Part shown: positions 29,164 to 38,314 of the stretch, in pieces
Numbering within the stretch: position 1 is the first letter of the stretch
Layout of the letters: the number at the start of each line of letters is the position of its first letter
Assembly: GCA_030531495.1 (NCBI GenBank)
Contig: JAUNNJ010000001.1
Location: forward strand, 113 to 64,112
Origin: Bacteroidales bacterium
GTDB lineage: Bacteria; Bacteroidota; Bacteroidia; Bacteroidales; Muribaculaceae
Direction: 5' to 3'
Length of the DNA: 64,000 nt
Translations under genes and position numbers: made by a program
The notes under the pieces: model-generated
What the model was told of the DNA's origin: nothing
Databases searched by the model: none
The model's input: the letters and a program-made list of their open reading frames with translations, nothing else

Positions 29164-30603
29164 ATGGCAAAAACTAACGTAGCAGGTCCACATCTCGCAC
29201 TTGAACAACAGCATACATTCATTTCTATCCAGAATGTGGAATTGGCTCCTTTTTTGGAAAAGTCGCCCAGGGAGCTTGAAGAAGATGTGCTCAATAAGTT
29301 GAGGGAAAACCCTCTTTTGGAAAAAAAGAGCGATGAGATTACGCCTGTGAAGGACGAACGTACTGTGGCAGACTCATACGACAATCCGGATCCTGATGGC
29401 GCTGCCTACGACAAGCCGCTGCCAGGAGAGCGATTGTATCAAGCCCGTAACTGGAGTGTGAACGACGCCTATTTTGCTCCTATTGCCATAGCGGAGGAGT
29501 CGCTTGAAGAGCATTTGATGACTCAGGTGAACGAACTCAATCTTTCCGACGACGATAAGCAGATTGCTGAATACATTGTAGGCAATCTTGATTCAAACGG
29601 CTGGCTGGCTCGCACCACGAGCGGCATTGCCGATGACCTCACTTTCAATGCCGATTTGGAAGTGGAGCGTGAAGATGTGGAAAGAGTGCTCGCTGTGGTG
29701 CAGCAACTCGACCCCGTGGGTGTGGGTGCTCGCACTTTGAGAGAATGTCTGTTGATACAGGTGCGCCAAAAGCCTAAAACTCCTGAAAACGCTAAACTTG
29801 AAACACTCATCGACAAGTATCTTGAGGAGTTGGGGCTGAGCCACTACGAAAAGATATGCAGCCGGATGGATATCACCACCGACGAACTGAAATCGCTCCT
29901 CAAGGCACTGCACAAATTACATCCGAAGCCAGGAAATGGCTTTTCTGGTGGCTTGAGCGATATTCGCAGAAATCAGATTATTCCAGAATTTGAGGTTGAG
30001 GTGGAGGAAGGCAAAGTGCTGGTGAGCATGCCCAACCGCATTCCCGAACTGGTGATAGCTGAAGAATTGTCGGGCGACATTGAGACCTTCGCTGCAAAGG
30101 ACAAGAGCGTGAAGTCGTTCTACGATAGTGCCAACCGATTCATAGCCATCCTGAAACGTCGTCAAGAAAAACTGATGAAGGTGATGAGGTCGATAATCAA
30201 ACACCAAATGGCTTTTTTCCTCACAGGCGACGACAATCAGCTTGTGCCGATGAAGTATAAGGATATAGAAAACGACACAGGCCTTGACCAGACCACAATC
30301 TCTCGTGTGTGTGGCGGCGAAAGAGGTAAATATGTGATGACGCCCTGGGGCACCTTCAAGTTGAAGGATTTCTTCAGTGGGGGCATCCCTGTCGGCGAAA
30401 GTGACGAGGAGTCGGTTTCCACAAAGGCTGTGAAGAATGCCTTGCGTGAAATTGTAGAGAGTGAAAACAAATCGCGTCCGCTGAGCGATGGCGCCATTGA
30501 AAAGCTGCTCAAGGCAAAAGGCTATAACGTGGCCCGACGTACAGTGGCAAAATATCGCGAGCAATTAGGCATCCCTGATTCGCGTCATCGAAAGGAACTT
30601 TAG
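29164..30603 (+). CDS. rpoN: RNA polymerase sigma-54 factor
   Basis: DPVGVGARTLRECLLIQ, TTISR, RpoN box ARRTVAKYRE. Confidence 0.96.
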   Translation: MAKTNVAGPHLALEQQHTFISIQNVELAPFLEKSPRELEEDVLNKLRENPLLEKKSDEITPVKDERTVADSYDNPDPDGAAYDKPLPGERLYQARNWSVNDAYFAPIAIAEESLEEHLMTQVNELNLSDDDKQIAEYIVGNLDSNGWLARTTSGIADDLTFNADLEVEREDVERVLAVVQQLDPVGVGARTLRECLLIQVRQKPKTPENAKLETLIDKYLEELGLSHYEKICSRMDITTDELKSLLKALHKLHPKPGNGFSGGLSDIRRNQIIPEFEVEVEEGKVLVSMPNRIPELVIAEELSGDIETFAAKDKSVKSFYDSANRFIAILKRRQEKLMKVMRSIIKHQMAFFLTGDDNQLVPMKYKDIENDTGLDQTTISRVCGGERGKYVMTPWGTFKLKDFFSGGIPVGESDEESVSTKAVKNALREIVESENKSRPLSDGAIEKLLKAKGYNVARRTVAKYREQLGIPDSRHRKEL

Positions 30604-30631
30604 TGAATAATGAAACCAAGCATATAATTTG

Positions 30632-31279
30632 ATGAAAGCAAATGATGTGAAATATGGAAGAATAATGGTGGGACTCTCGCGCTTTGCCTCGGCAATGCTC
30701 AGCCCGCTTCTTGTGCCCACCTATGGTGTGCTGATAGCGCTATGGTGCTCTTATTTGAGCGCCTATGATATGGGATTGCGTGTGACTGTGCTGCTGGTGG
30801 TGGGCGGCATTACTTGCGTGCTGCCAATGTTTTTCATCACCACTTTGCATCATTTTAAATTAATCACCGACAAGAACTTGGTCGACCGCAAGGAGCGACT
30901 GCTGCCGTTCATCTTTGCACTGGTGTGCTATGTGGCTGCGGCATTTTATCTCTACACTCGTGTGCACGCCCCGATGTGGATGGTGATGTTTTGCGCCGGA
31001 GGAGCCCTCGCTGTGACGATTTCGGCAGTGGTGAACCTGTGGTGGAAAATCAGCGCGCACATGGCTGGCATGGCTGGCATCGTGGCGCTCATCTACAATA
31101 TGCATGTGCTGGTGACCGAGGCGTTCAATCTCGTGTGGGTGTTGATGGTGGCAGTGCTGCTGTGTGGTATGTTGGGCTCTGCTCGCATCATTCTCGGTCG
31201 GCACACCCTTGGTCAAGTGCTTGCTGGAGCGCTCAACGGTTTCTTATGCGTCACTTTGCTGATGCAACTTTTTGGATAA
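30632..31279 (+). CDS. PAP2-like integral membrane protein
   Basis: KISAHMAG, SARIILGRHTLGQVLAG; ~6 TM. Confidence 0.7.
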   Translation: MKANDVKYGRIMVGLSRFASAMLSPLLVPTYGVLIALWCSYLSAYDMGLRVTVLLVVGGITCVLPMFFITTLHHFKLITDKNLVDRKERLLPFIFALVCYVAAAFYLYTRVHAPMWMVMFCAGGALAVTISAVVNLWWKISAHMAGMAGIVALIYNMHVLVTEAFNLVWVLMVAVLLCGMLGSARIILGRHTLGQVLAGALNGFLCVTLLMQLFG

Positions 31280-31304
31280 TAACAAACGATATAAAGATAA
31301 AGAA

Positions 31305-31811
31305 ATGAAAGCATTAGTCAGTATCATTATGGGCAGCACAAGCGATATGCCCGTGATGGAAAAAGCCTGCAAGTGGCTTAACGATATGGAAATTCCATTC
31401 GAAGTGAATGCCCTCTCAGCTCACCGTACCCCCGATGCTGTGGAAAAGTTTGCCCGTGAGGCAAAGGACCGTGGCATCAAGGTGATTATAGCTGGCGCAG
31501 GTATGGCTGCGGCATTGCCTGGTGTGATAGCCGCCAGCACCACACTTCCCGTGATAGGTGTGCCCATCAAAGGTATGCTCGACGGATTGGATGCCATGTT
31601 GAGCATCATCCAGATGCCTCCAGGCATTCCTGTGGCCACAGTGGGTGTGAATGGTGCGATGAATGCTGCTATTCTTGCTGCCGAAATGATGGCGCTCGGC
31701 GATGAGAAAATCGCAGAAAAGGTGGCTGCCTACAAGGCCACTCTCGGGGCAAAAATTGAAAAGGCCAACAAAGATTTGGCTGAAGTGAAATACGACTTTA
31801 AAGTGAATTGA
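31305..31811 (+). CDS. purE: N5-CAIR mutase
   Basis: IMGSTSD, SAHRTP, QMPPGIPVATV. Confidence 0.97.
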   Translation: MKALVSIIMGSTSDMPVMEKACKWLNDMEIPFEVNALSAHRTPDAVEKFAREAKDRGIKVIIAGAGMAAALPGVIAASTTLPVIGVPIKGMLDGLDAMLSIIQMPPGIPVATVGVNGAMNAAILAAEMMALGDEKIAEKVAAYKATLGAKIEKANKDLAEVKYDFKVN

Positions 31812-33592
31812 TGAACAATATTTTCAACTATCGCCGCCGTGCCACTGTAGATGTGAATGTGGGCGGGGTGATGCTTGGCAGTAGCCATGAGGTGAGGGTG
31901 CAGTCGATGACCAACACCAATACCGACGACATTGAAGCCAGTGTGGCTCAGAGCCAGCGAATAGCCGATGCCGGGGGCGATATCGTGCGTCTCACTGCAC
32001 AAGGAGTGAAGGAGGCAGAAAACATTGGCCGCATTCGCACCGCGCTTCGTGAGCAAGGGCGCAATGTGCCCTTGGTGGCTGATATCCACTTCAATCCAAA
32101 GGCAGCTTTTGCTGCCGCTACTGTGACCGACAAGGTGCGCATTAATCCGGGCAACTTCGTTGACCCTGCACGCCAGTTTAAGAGTCTCAGCTACACCGAT
32201 GAAGAATATCAGTCCGAACTGCAGCGCATTCACGATGCCTTGGTGCCATTTATCGACATCTGTCGAGAGCATCACACAGCAGTGCGCCTCGGTGTGAATC
32301 ACGGAAGCCTCAGCGACCGCATTATGAGCCGTTACGGCAACACTGCCGCAGGAATTGTGGAGAGCGTGATGGAATTTTTGCGCGTGTTCGTGGAGCAGAA
32401 GTTCTTCGATGTGGTGATTTCGATGAAGGCTTCCAATGTGGTGGTGATGGTAGAGGCAGTGCGCCGCGTAGTGGCTGCGATGGATGCTGAAGATATGCAT
32501 TTCCCATTGCATTTGGGTGTTACTGAAGCGGGCTTCGGCGAAGATGGCCGCATCAAGAGCGCTGTGGGCATAGGCTGCCTGATGTCGGAAGGCTTGGGCG
32601 ACACTATCCGCGTTTCGCTCAGTGAAGACCCTGAAGTGGAAGTGCCTGTGGCTCAGAAACTCGTTCAGTATATTACAGGCCGTGCGGGCCACGATGTGAT
32701 AGAAGGGGAGGTGTACGAGGGTTATGATGCACTGACTCCTCAACGCCGCCGTTCGCTTACCGTGCTTGATAAAATCGGTGGCAGAAAGGTGCCTGTAGTG
32801 GTGGCTTCTTGCGCTCCAGAAGATATAGCGGGCAAACTGAAGCCTGACTATTATTTCGCCGACGGCGCATTGACCGACGGCACAAAAACATATCCGCTTG
32901 TGCCGCTTGCCGATTTCGCTCACGATGCAGCAAAAACTGTGCAGTTTGTGCAAGTGGCTGCCGATGCCTCAAAAGAGCAACTTCAAATGCTCAAAGGATT
33001 GGAGAATGTGGTGGTGATAGCCACTGCTGCCAACATGAATGTGACAGGCAGCCTGCAGGCGATGCTTCACACCATGGTTTCGCTCGGAGTGGATTGCCCG
33101 GTGGTGGTGCGCGTGAATTATGCCGATACCGACACTGAGTGGCTCCAAGTGAAAGCTGGTGCCGACTTGGGAACACTGCTGCTTAACGGGTTTGCCGATG
33201 GCATTTGGCTTGAAGCGCCTCATTACGATAGCCAGCAGAAGGTGGTGGAATATGCATTTGCCATTCTTCAGGCAGCGCGACTTCGCACTTCAAAAACTGA
33301 ATTTATCTCTTGCCCAAGCTGTGGTCGCACGATGTTTGATTTGCAGACCACTGTGCAGCAGGTGAAAGCAGCCACAAGCCACCTCACCCATCTCAAGATT
33401 GGTGTGATGGGATGTGTGGTGAATGGTCCAGGCGAAATGGCCGATGCCGACTATGGCTATGTGGGCGCTGCACGCCACAGCATCAGCCTCTACAAAGGCA
33501 AGGAATGCATAGAGCGCAATGTGCCCGAAACAGAAGCCATTCCACGCCTCGTGGCTCTTATCAAGGCCAATGGCGACTGGGTAGAGCCCTGA
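31811..33592 (+). CDS. ispG: HMBPP synthase (long form)
   Basis: VQSMTNT, VADIHF, RINPGN, LHLGVTEAG, SCPSCGR, MGCVVNGPGE. Confidence 0.97.
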   Translation: MNNIFNYRRRATVDVNVGGVMLGSSHEVRVQSMTNTNTDDIEASVAQSQRIADAGGDIVRLTAQGVKEAENIGRIRTALREQGRNVPLVADIHFNPKAAFAAATVTDKVRINPGNFVDPARQFKSLSYTDEEYQSELQRIHDALVPFIDICREHHTAVRLGVNHGSLSDRIMSRYGNTAAGIVESVMEFLRVFVEQKFFDVVISMKASNVVVMVEAVRRVVAAMDAEDMHFPLHLGVTEAGFGEDGRIKSAVGIGCLMSEGLGDTIRVSLSEDPEVEVPVAQKLVQYITGRAGHDVIEGEVYEGYDALTPQRRRSLTVLDKIGGRKVPVVVASCAPEDIAGKLKPDYYFADGALTDGTKTYPLVPLADFAHDAAKTVQFVQVAADASKEQLQMLKGLENVVVIATAANMNVTGSLQAMLHTMVSLGVDCPVVVRVNYADTDTEWLQVKAGADLGTLLLNGFADGIWLEAPHYDSQQKVVEYAFAILQAARLRTSKTEFISCPSCGRTMFDLQTTVQQVKAATSHLTHLKIGVMGCVVNGPGEMADADYGYVGAARHSISLYKGKECIERNVPETEAIPRLVALIKANGDWVEP

Positions 33593-33672
33593 AATTTAGA
33601 AAATTTTGCAGAGATAGGCAATTGTTGATTAAAAATTGCTTATCTTTGCCATTCAATAACAATAAATTGATT

Positions 33673-34341
33673 ATGAGCATGAATCTTCAGTATTGGATAA
33701 ATCAGAATGGTGCGCAAAGCGGTCCATACACCATCGAACAGTTGCAGGGAATGTCGTTTGACAAAAACAACACCTACGTTTGGCACAAAGGTATGGATGG
33801 CTGGATGCGAATCGATAAAGTTGCCGAATTGGCCGACTTGGTTGTGGAGACAGCCCCAGTGGTGGAAGAACAGCCAGTTGCAGTTCCTGAAGCCGATGAA
33901 GCGCACGTTAGCGCTGATGAAATCCAAGAGACGGAATCGTCAGCTGAAGAGCAAGTGGTAGGTTCAGACGACGATATGGCTGGCCAGCAGGATTCAGTCC
34001 CTGTTCCTCCTGCCTACGAAGCCCCCGAACCTCCCACTCCGCCAGTGCAGGCTCCTGAATTTGTGCAACCTCAAATGGCGCCCGTGCAAGCTTCCGCTCC
34101 TGCACAGGAACCCGCTCCCGAATGCCCGCCCACCAATCTTGTGGCAGCCATCGTGTGTGCCGTGCTATGCTGCACGCCATTAGCTGTGGTGGCAATAGTG
34201 CTTGCGGTGATGACCAAGAACAAATATCAGGCTGGCGATTACGAGAAGGCTAAAAAATACAGCGATTGGGGTGCGTGGCTCTGTATCCTCTCGGTGGTAT
34301 TGTCTGTTTTATTCATGCCATTCTCAATGATAATGCTCTAA
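33673..34341 (+). CDS. GYF_2 (DUF4339) + Pro/acidic linker + CD225/dispanin membrane protein
   Basis: QSGPY...VWHKGMDGW; PPTNL...LCCTPLAVVAI...GDYEKAKK; start moved to 33673, TATCTTTG box at 33641. Confidence 0.8.
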   Translation: MSMNLQYWINQNGAQSGPYTIEQLQGMSFDKNNTYVWHKGMDGWMRIDKVAELADLVVETAPVVEEQPVAVPEADEAHVSADEIQETESSAEEQVVGSDDDMAGQQDSVPVPPAYEAPEPPTPPVQAPEFVQPQMAPVQASAPAQEPAPECPPTNLVAAIVCAVLCCTPLAVVAIVLAVMTKNKYQAGDYEKAKKYSDWGAWLCILSVVLSVLFMPFSMIML

Positions 34342-34354
34342 CAGTGAAGGAGTG

Positions 34355-34735
34355 ATGACTGCGCGAAGGAAGATTACCTATGCAGTGTTGGCAGTGGTAT
34401 TTTTTACCGTTGCGGTCATCTATTTTGTTTATGATCCTTCCAGCACACGCCTATTCCCCAAGTGTGCATTTCTTTCGCTCACAGGCTTCAAATGCCCAGG
34501 ATGTGGCTCGCAACGCGCCCTCCACGCCCTCTTGCACGCAGATTTGATGGGCGCCATCCGCTACAATGCACTGCTCGTGGTGGTGCTGCCAGTCTTGGCA
34601 TTTGTGTTCACGAGTCGCTATTTGCGCGACCGTTTTCCCCGCCTATACTCTAATTTGAATTCATCTATCGTTTCCATCGTGGCCTTCATCATCGTGTGCC
34701 TCTGGTGGATTCTCCGCAACATCTACAACTGGTAA
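34355..34735 (+). CDS. DUF2752 membrane protein
   Basis: FPKC...TGFKCPGCGSQRA, WWILRN; typical partner of CD225 genes. Confidence 0.85.
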   Translation: MTARRKITYAVLAVVFFTVAVIYFVYDPSSTRLFPKCAFLSLTGFKCPGCGSQRALHALLHADLMGAIRYNALLVVVLPVLAFVFTSRYLRDRFPRLYSNLNSSIVSIVAFIIVCLWWILRNIYNW

Positions 34736-34775
34736 CAAAATCAGCCCTCGAAAAGTTAAGCATACAGAATGTGGA

Positions 34776-35255
34776 CTAGCGCACTCTAGTTATTCCTTCA
34801 TAAAGTTGTGTGGCTACTGTTTGAAATGTGTTTGCATTTAAGATTTTAACTACAAAAGCGTCTGCAACAAATGAACTTTTTGAGTGGTCAAAAAACTCAA
34901 ACACTTGAATCGGAACAGACTTTGAATGGAACTCCTGCTTTATCAAATAAATGTTGACACTTTTTGAAGAGCTCATTGTTTCCGTTTTCTTGTTTATTAT
35001 TTGTCCATTGTATGGTACTTCTGAATCTCCTAATGCTAATGAAAAGAATTCCATTCCTTGTGCTTCAGAAAACACAATAATACCAGAAGCCTTAAGGGTT
35101 TCAACAGGATTCTCGTTTGCATCACAATTTGTTACTTTTGAATATTTGTATGCTTTGGTCTGCTTTATTTCTTGTGCAATACTTGAAAGGGAAGAGGATA
35201 TAAATATGCAGATTGATGCAATAACATGAATAGTTGATATATTCAATAGTTTCAT
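34776..35255 (-). CDS. Hypothetical secreted protein
   Basis: 159-aa ORF in AT-rich DNA with signal-peptide-like N-terminus. Confidence 0.65.
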   Translation of the reverse strand: MKLLNISTIHVIASICIFISSSLSSIAQEIKQTKAYKYSKVTNCDANENPVETLKASGIIVFSEAQGMEFFSLALGDSEVPYNGQIINKKTETMSSSKSVNIYLIKQEFHSKSVPIQVFEFFDHSKSSFVADAFVVKILNANTFQTVATQLYEGITRVR

Positions 35256-35441
35256 ATGCTTGTTTGTGTTAGGTTGTGATTTTTTGTTAATATATAATTA
35301 ATGTGATGTGTTGGGTCTGTTTTGCCCCTTTTTCAGCATACTTTTTGGTCTATACGCCGAAAAAGGGGATGAGTTAAACATGCATCTTGACTTTTCTCAA
35401 AAAAGTGGAGAAGTCCTTTCTTTAGCTTTTCGTGATATGTT

Positions 35442-35558
35442 TTATCGAGAAAGTTCTTTGCACATTCGTAGCATAAAAATTGCTAGACCCAAAGCAACAA
35501 TCCATAGATTACGCTCGAACCATGATTTCTTCTGAGGTTTGTTTTCGTTATTTTCCAT
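35442..35558 (-). CDS. 38-aa single-TM small protein (not in the ORF track)
   Basis: Hand translation MENNENKPQKKSWFERNLWIVALGLAIFMLRMCKELSR; A-rich upstream; co-oriented with neighbours. Confidence 0.55.
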   Translation of the reverse strand: MENNENKPQKKSWFERNLWIVALGLAIFMLRMCKELSR

Positions 35559-35677
35559 CTTTGTTTGAAATAAAAAGTTTAAGAATTAAGTAGATTATGC
35601 TGGCGGTGAGAAGTATTGTAATCATTTTTATGTTAAATGAGTGTTGATAATTGGTCTCTGTGATAAATATCGCTCAT

Positions 35678-36082
35678 TTAGTGCTTGGATGATTTTACGC
35701 AATATTTTAGGGCAGTGCCATGTCCGTATAATACAACGGATTCATAACCACCATATTGTCCATGTATTTGAATAGTACAAAGCTTATGACTTGTATAGTT
35801 TTCGGCTGTGTAGTAGTATTGATATGTATTATATGATGTGTTTTTAGTTATTATTTTTTTGAGTTTATAAGTAGATGCTTTCCCGTCGCAATAAATGGTG
35901 ACAAGATTTTCTGAGAAATTTGCTGTAATCCAGCCATTACTCGCTTCGGGTGTTTCAAATTCGTGGTTCCCAAGTCCTACCTCTTTCCCAAATGCTTTTG
36001 CAAAAATTGAAAATTCCATTGTTTCTGCATTGCTAATCAAGGCAAGAAATGCTAATACTAATACGATTAATGCTTTTTTCAT
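35678..36082 (-). CDS. Hypothetical secreted protein
   Basis: Classic signal peptide MKKALIVLVLAFLALISNA. Confidence 0.7.
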   Translation of the reverse strand: MKKALIVLVLAFLALISNAETMEFSIFAKAFGKEVGLGNHEFETPEASNGWITANFSENLVTIYCDGKASTYKLKKIITKNTSYNTYQYYYTAENYTSHKLCTIQIHGQYGGYESVVLYGHGTALKYCVKSSKH

Positions 36083-36094
36083 TGTTATATGTGT

Positions 36095-36513
36095 TTAAAA
36101 TCCAAATCTTTCAAATCGTTCTTGTTCGACAGCAGCCTTTTGGGCTTTCCATTCAGCTTCATTTGCTCTTTTTGCCTCTTCATTTGCCAATCTAATAGCT
36201 TCGTCTGCTAATTTTTGGTTGTACTCTGCTTTGAATTTCTCGTGTTGCCTTTCGCTCTCGGCAACAGAAGCTTTATATGAAGCCTGTGAAGCTTCAAAAA
36301 TGGCTTGTTTATGATTTTTTGCAATTTGTTCTAGGTACGAATTCTGTTCTCTTAATTTTTGGATAGAGTTTTCGGCTATCTCTAATTTCTCGCTCAGATT
36401 CTTAGCCTTGTTTTCGGCATAAGAAAGTCTTGAAGAAATGTTGAGGGCATAAAATGTAAGTGCTAAAAGAAAATGCCGAGGCAAATAATGATGATTGTTG
36501 ACTTTCTGGTCAT
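36095..36513 (-). pseudogene. Membrane-anchored coiled-coil protein with a 1-nt frameshift
   Basis: ATG at 36513 gives MTRKSTIIIICLGIFF*; one extra T in the run at 36470-36473 joins it to LLALTFYALN...coiled coil. Confidence 0.55.
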
Positions 36514-36564
36514 TGTTGTTTTGATGGTATGTCTTCCCTCATCTCTGGTTGACATTTAATTTAT

Positions 36565-36803
36565 ACATAAAGCGTGAGATGATGTATCTGCTTATCTTCT
36601 CTTAGGCATCGCCAAACGCCTCGTACTGAATAAACAGTCCACTCCCACGCCTAATCGGATATCGGCATCCCCGTGTCGTGGGGTGGATAAACGAAAGGTA
36701 TGAGCGTATATTGACTGCTTTGCCCTCAGTACAGTGAAGTTGGCGATTTCAGAGAAAGGATAAAGCAAAATAACGCTTTTTTATGTCTGCACAGTATTGT
36801 GCA
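36565..36803 (-). promoter_or_regulatory. Long fold-back leader / candidate cis-regulatory RNA
   Basis: Six nested complementary blocks between a TAATTTTG box (36807-36814, minus) and the first gene. Confidence 0.55.
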
Positions 36804-37062
36804 TTGCAAAATTAAATAAAAAAATCAGAATTGTCTGACAATAGTCATGTATTAACATCTTTTAGTAGAAGTCACACTATTATAGAATTGAAGTAATTTA
36901 GGTGGAGAAGGGGCGATAGAGGTCAACTTGCTTATGAATGAGAACGAAATATTTTATGTACATATTAATTAACTTACAATCCACAATACTCCCTATTCTA
37001 TACAATTCAGAAGATAACAGCTAACAAAGAAGCTACTACGATATTTGACAGTGTTGGGGGGA

Positions 37063-38247
37063 TTAGCGGAGTTTGTTGCGTTGGAAGTGACGCATGGCGT
37101 AGCCGAAGTAGCCCGCCACACCGATGGCGTTTACTGCCACCATAGTCCAGAATGCAGAGGAATAGCCCATCCAGTCGGCCACTACACCGCCGATGAGGCA
37201 CCCGAGCCCCATACCTATATCCCATGAAATGAGAATGGTGGAATTGGCGGTGCCGCGTTGCTCGTTGGTGCCAAGATTGATGGTCATGTTTTGATAAGCA
37301 GGCCAGAGGTGACCGTTGCCAAGTCCGATTAGAATTGCAGAGCCGTAGTAGCCGATGTCGTTGGGTACGGCGATAAAAAGGGTGTAGCCCACCAGCGATA
37401 TGAGCATGCCCGAGGCTGCATTTTGCACCAGTTTGCCTTCGCGAAGCGCTTTTGCTCCTTGCAATCGCGATGCTATCAGCCCCACTGCCAGAATCATAAA
37501 CCATGCGCCTGTGCCCGCTGTGATGTGCATCACCTCTTTGCCGTAGATGGCAAGATAGTTGCTCAACACCCCAAAGCAAAAGCCGAAGCACGTCATGTTG
37601 GCAGCCAATGCCCATCCTTTGATGAGGAAAAAGCGATCAAGCGATATGGTGCGCCCACTTTTGTTGATAGGGCGAGGTTTGAGATGTAGGGTGGAGTCGA
37701 CACCGAGCCCCACAGCGGCAATGATGAGTGCGAGTATGAAAATGATATCAAAACTTCCGGTGAGATGGTAGAGGAAAATGCCTACCGATGGAGCGATGGC
37801 CATACCCAGATTGTTGCCCAGCCCGTAGTAGCCAATGCCTTCGTTGCGTCTGGATGAGGGAAGCACATCGATGGCTACGGTGCTATTGGCCACGGTAATG
37901 GCGCCGAATGGTCCACCATGGAGTGTGCGCACCATGGCAAAGAGGAGTAATGTACCGGCTATTAAGTAGCCCGCAAAGAATATGAAAAACAAGAAAAATG
38001 TGACCATCAGCACCTTCTTGCGTTGGAAGTTGTCGACCATGAAGCCGCTGAACGGGCGGAAGAGCATGGCGGTGACGGAATAGCCGCTAAGCACCAGCCC
38101 AATCATGTCTTTTGAAGCGTGAAAATGTTCGTTTAGATAGATGGGGAGGAGAGGGGTAAGCAAGTAGAAGGCAAAGAAAAGCGTGAAGTTCGCTATCATC
38201 ACCTTACAGTAATTGCTGTTCCAAAGTTTTTCTTTTTGTTCCTCCAT
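37063..38247 (-). CDS. MFS transporter
   Basis: ~12 TM, RPFSGFMVDNFQRKK, RRNEGIGYY, QRGTANS. Confidence 0.9.
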   Translation of the reverse strand: MEEQKEKLWNSNYCKVMIANFTLFFAFYLLTPLLPIYLNEHFHASKDMIGLVLSGYSVTAMLFRPFSGFMVDNFQRKKVLMVTFFLFFIFFAGYLIAGTLLLFAMVRTLHGGPFGAITVANSTVAIDVLPSSRRNEGIGYYGLGNNLGMAIAPSVGIFLYHLTGSFDIIFILALIIAAVGLGVDSTLHLKPRPINKSGRTISLDRFFLIKGWALAANMTCFGFCFGVLSNYLAIYGKEVMHITAGTGAWFMILAVGLIASRLQGAKALREGKLVQNAASGMLISLVGYTLFIAVPNDIGYYGSAILIGLGNGHLWPAYQNMTINLGTNEQRGTANSTILISWDIGMGLGCLIGGVVADWMGYSSAFWTMVAVNAIGVAGYFGYAMRHFQRNKLR

Positions 38248-38314
38248 TTCCCTTTAGAAAAAAATGTAGAGGCCTCGAAGTAGTAGTCCTCATGTGTGAG
38301 GAGAGGTCTGTTTT

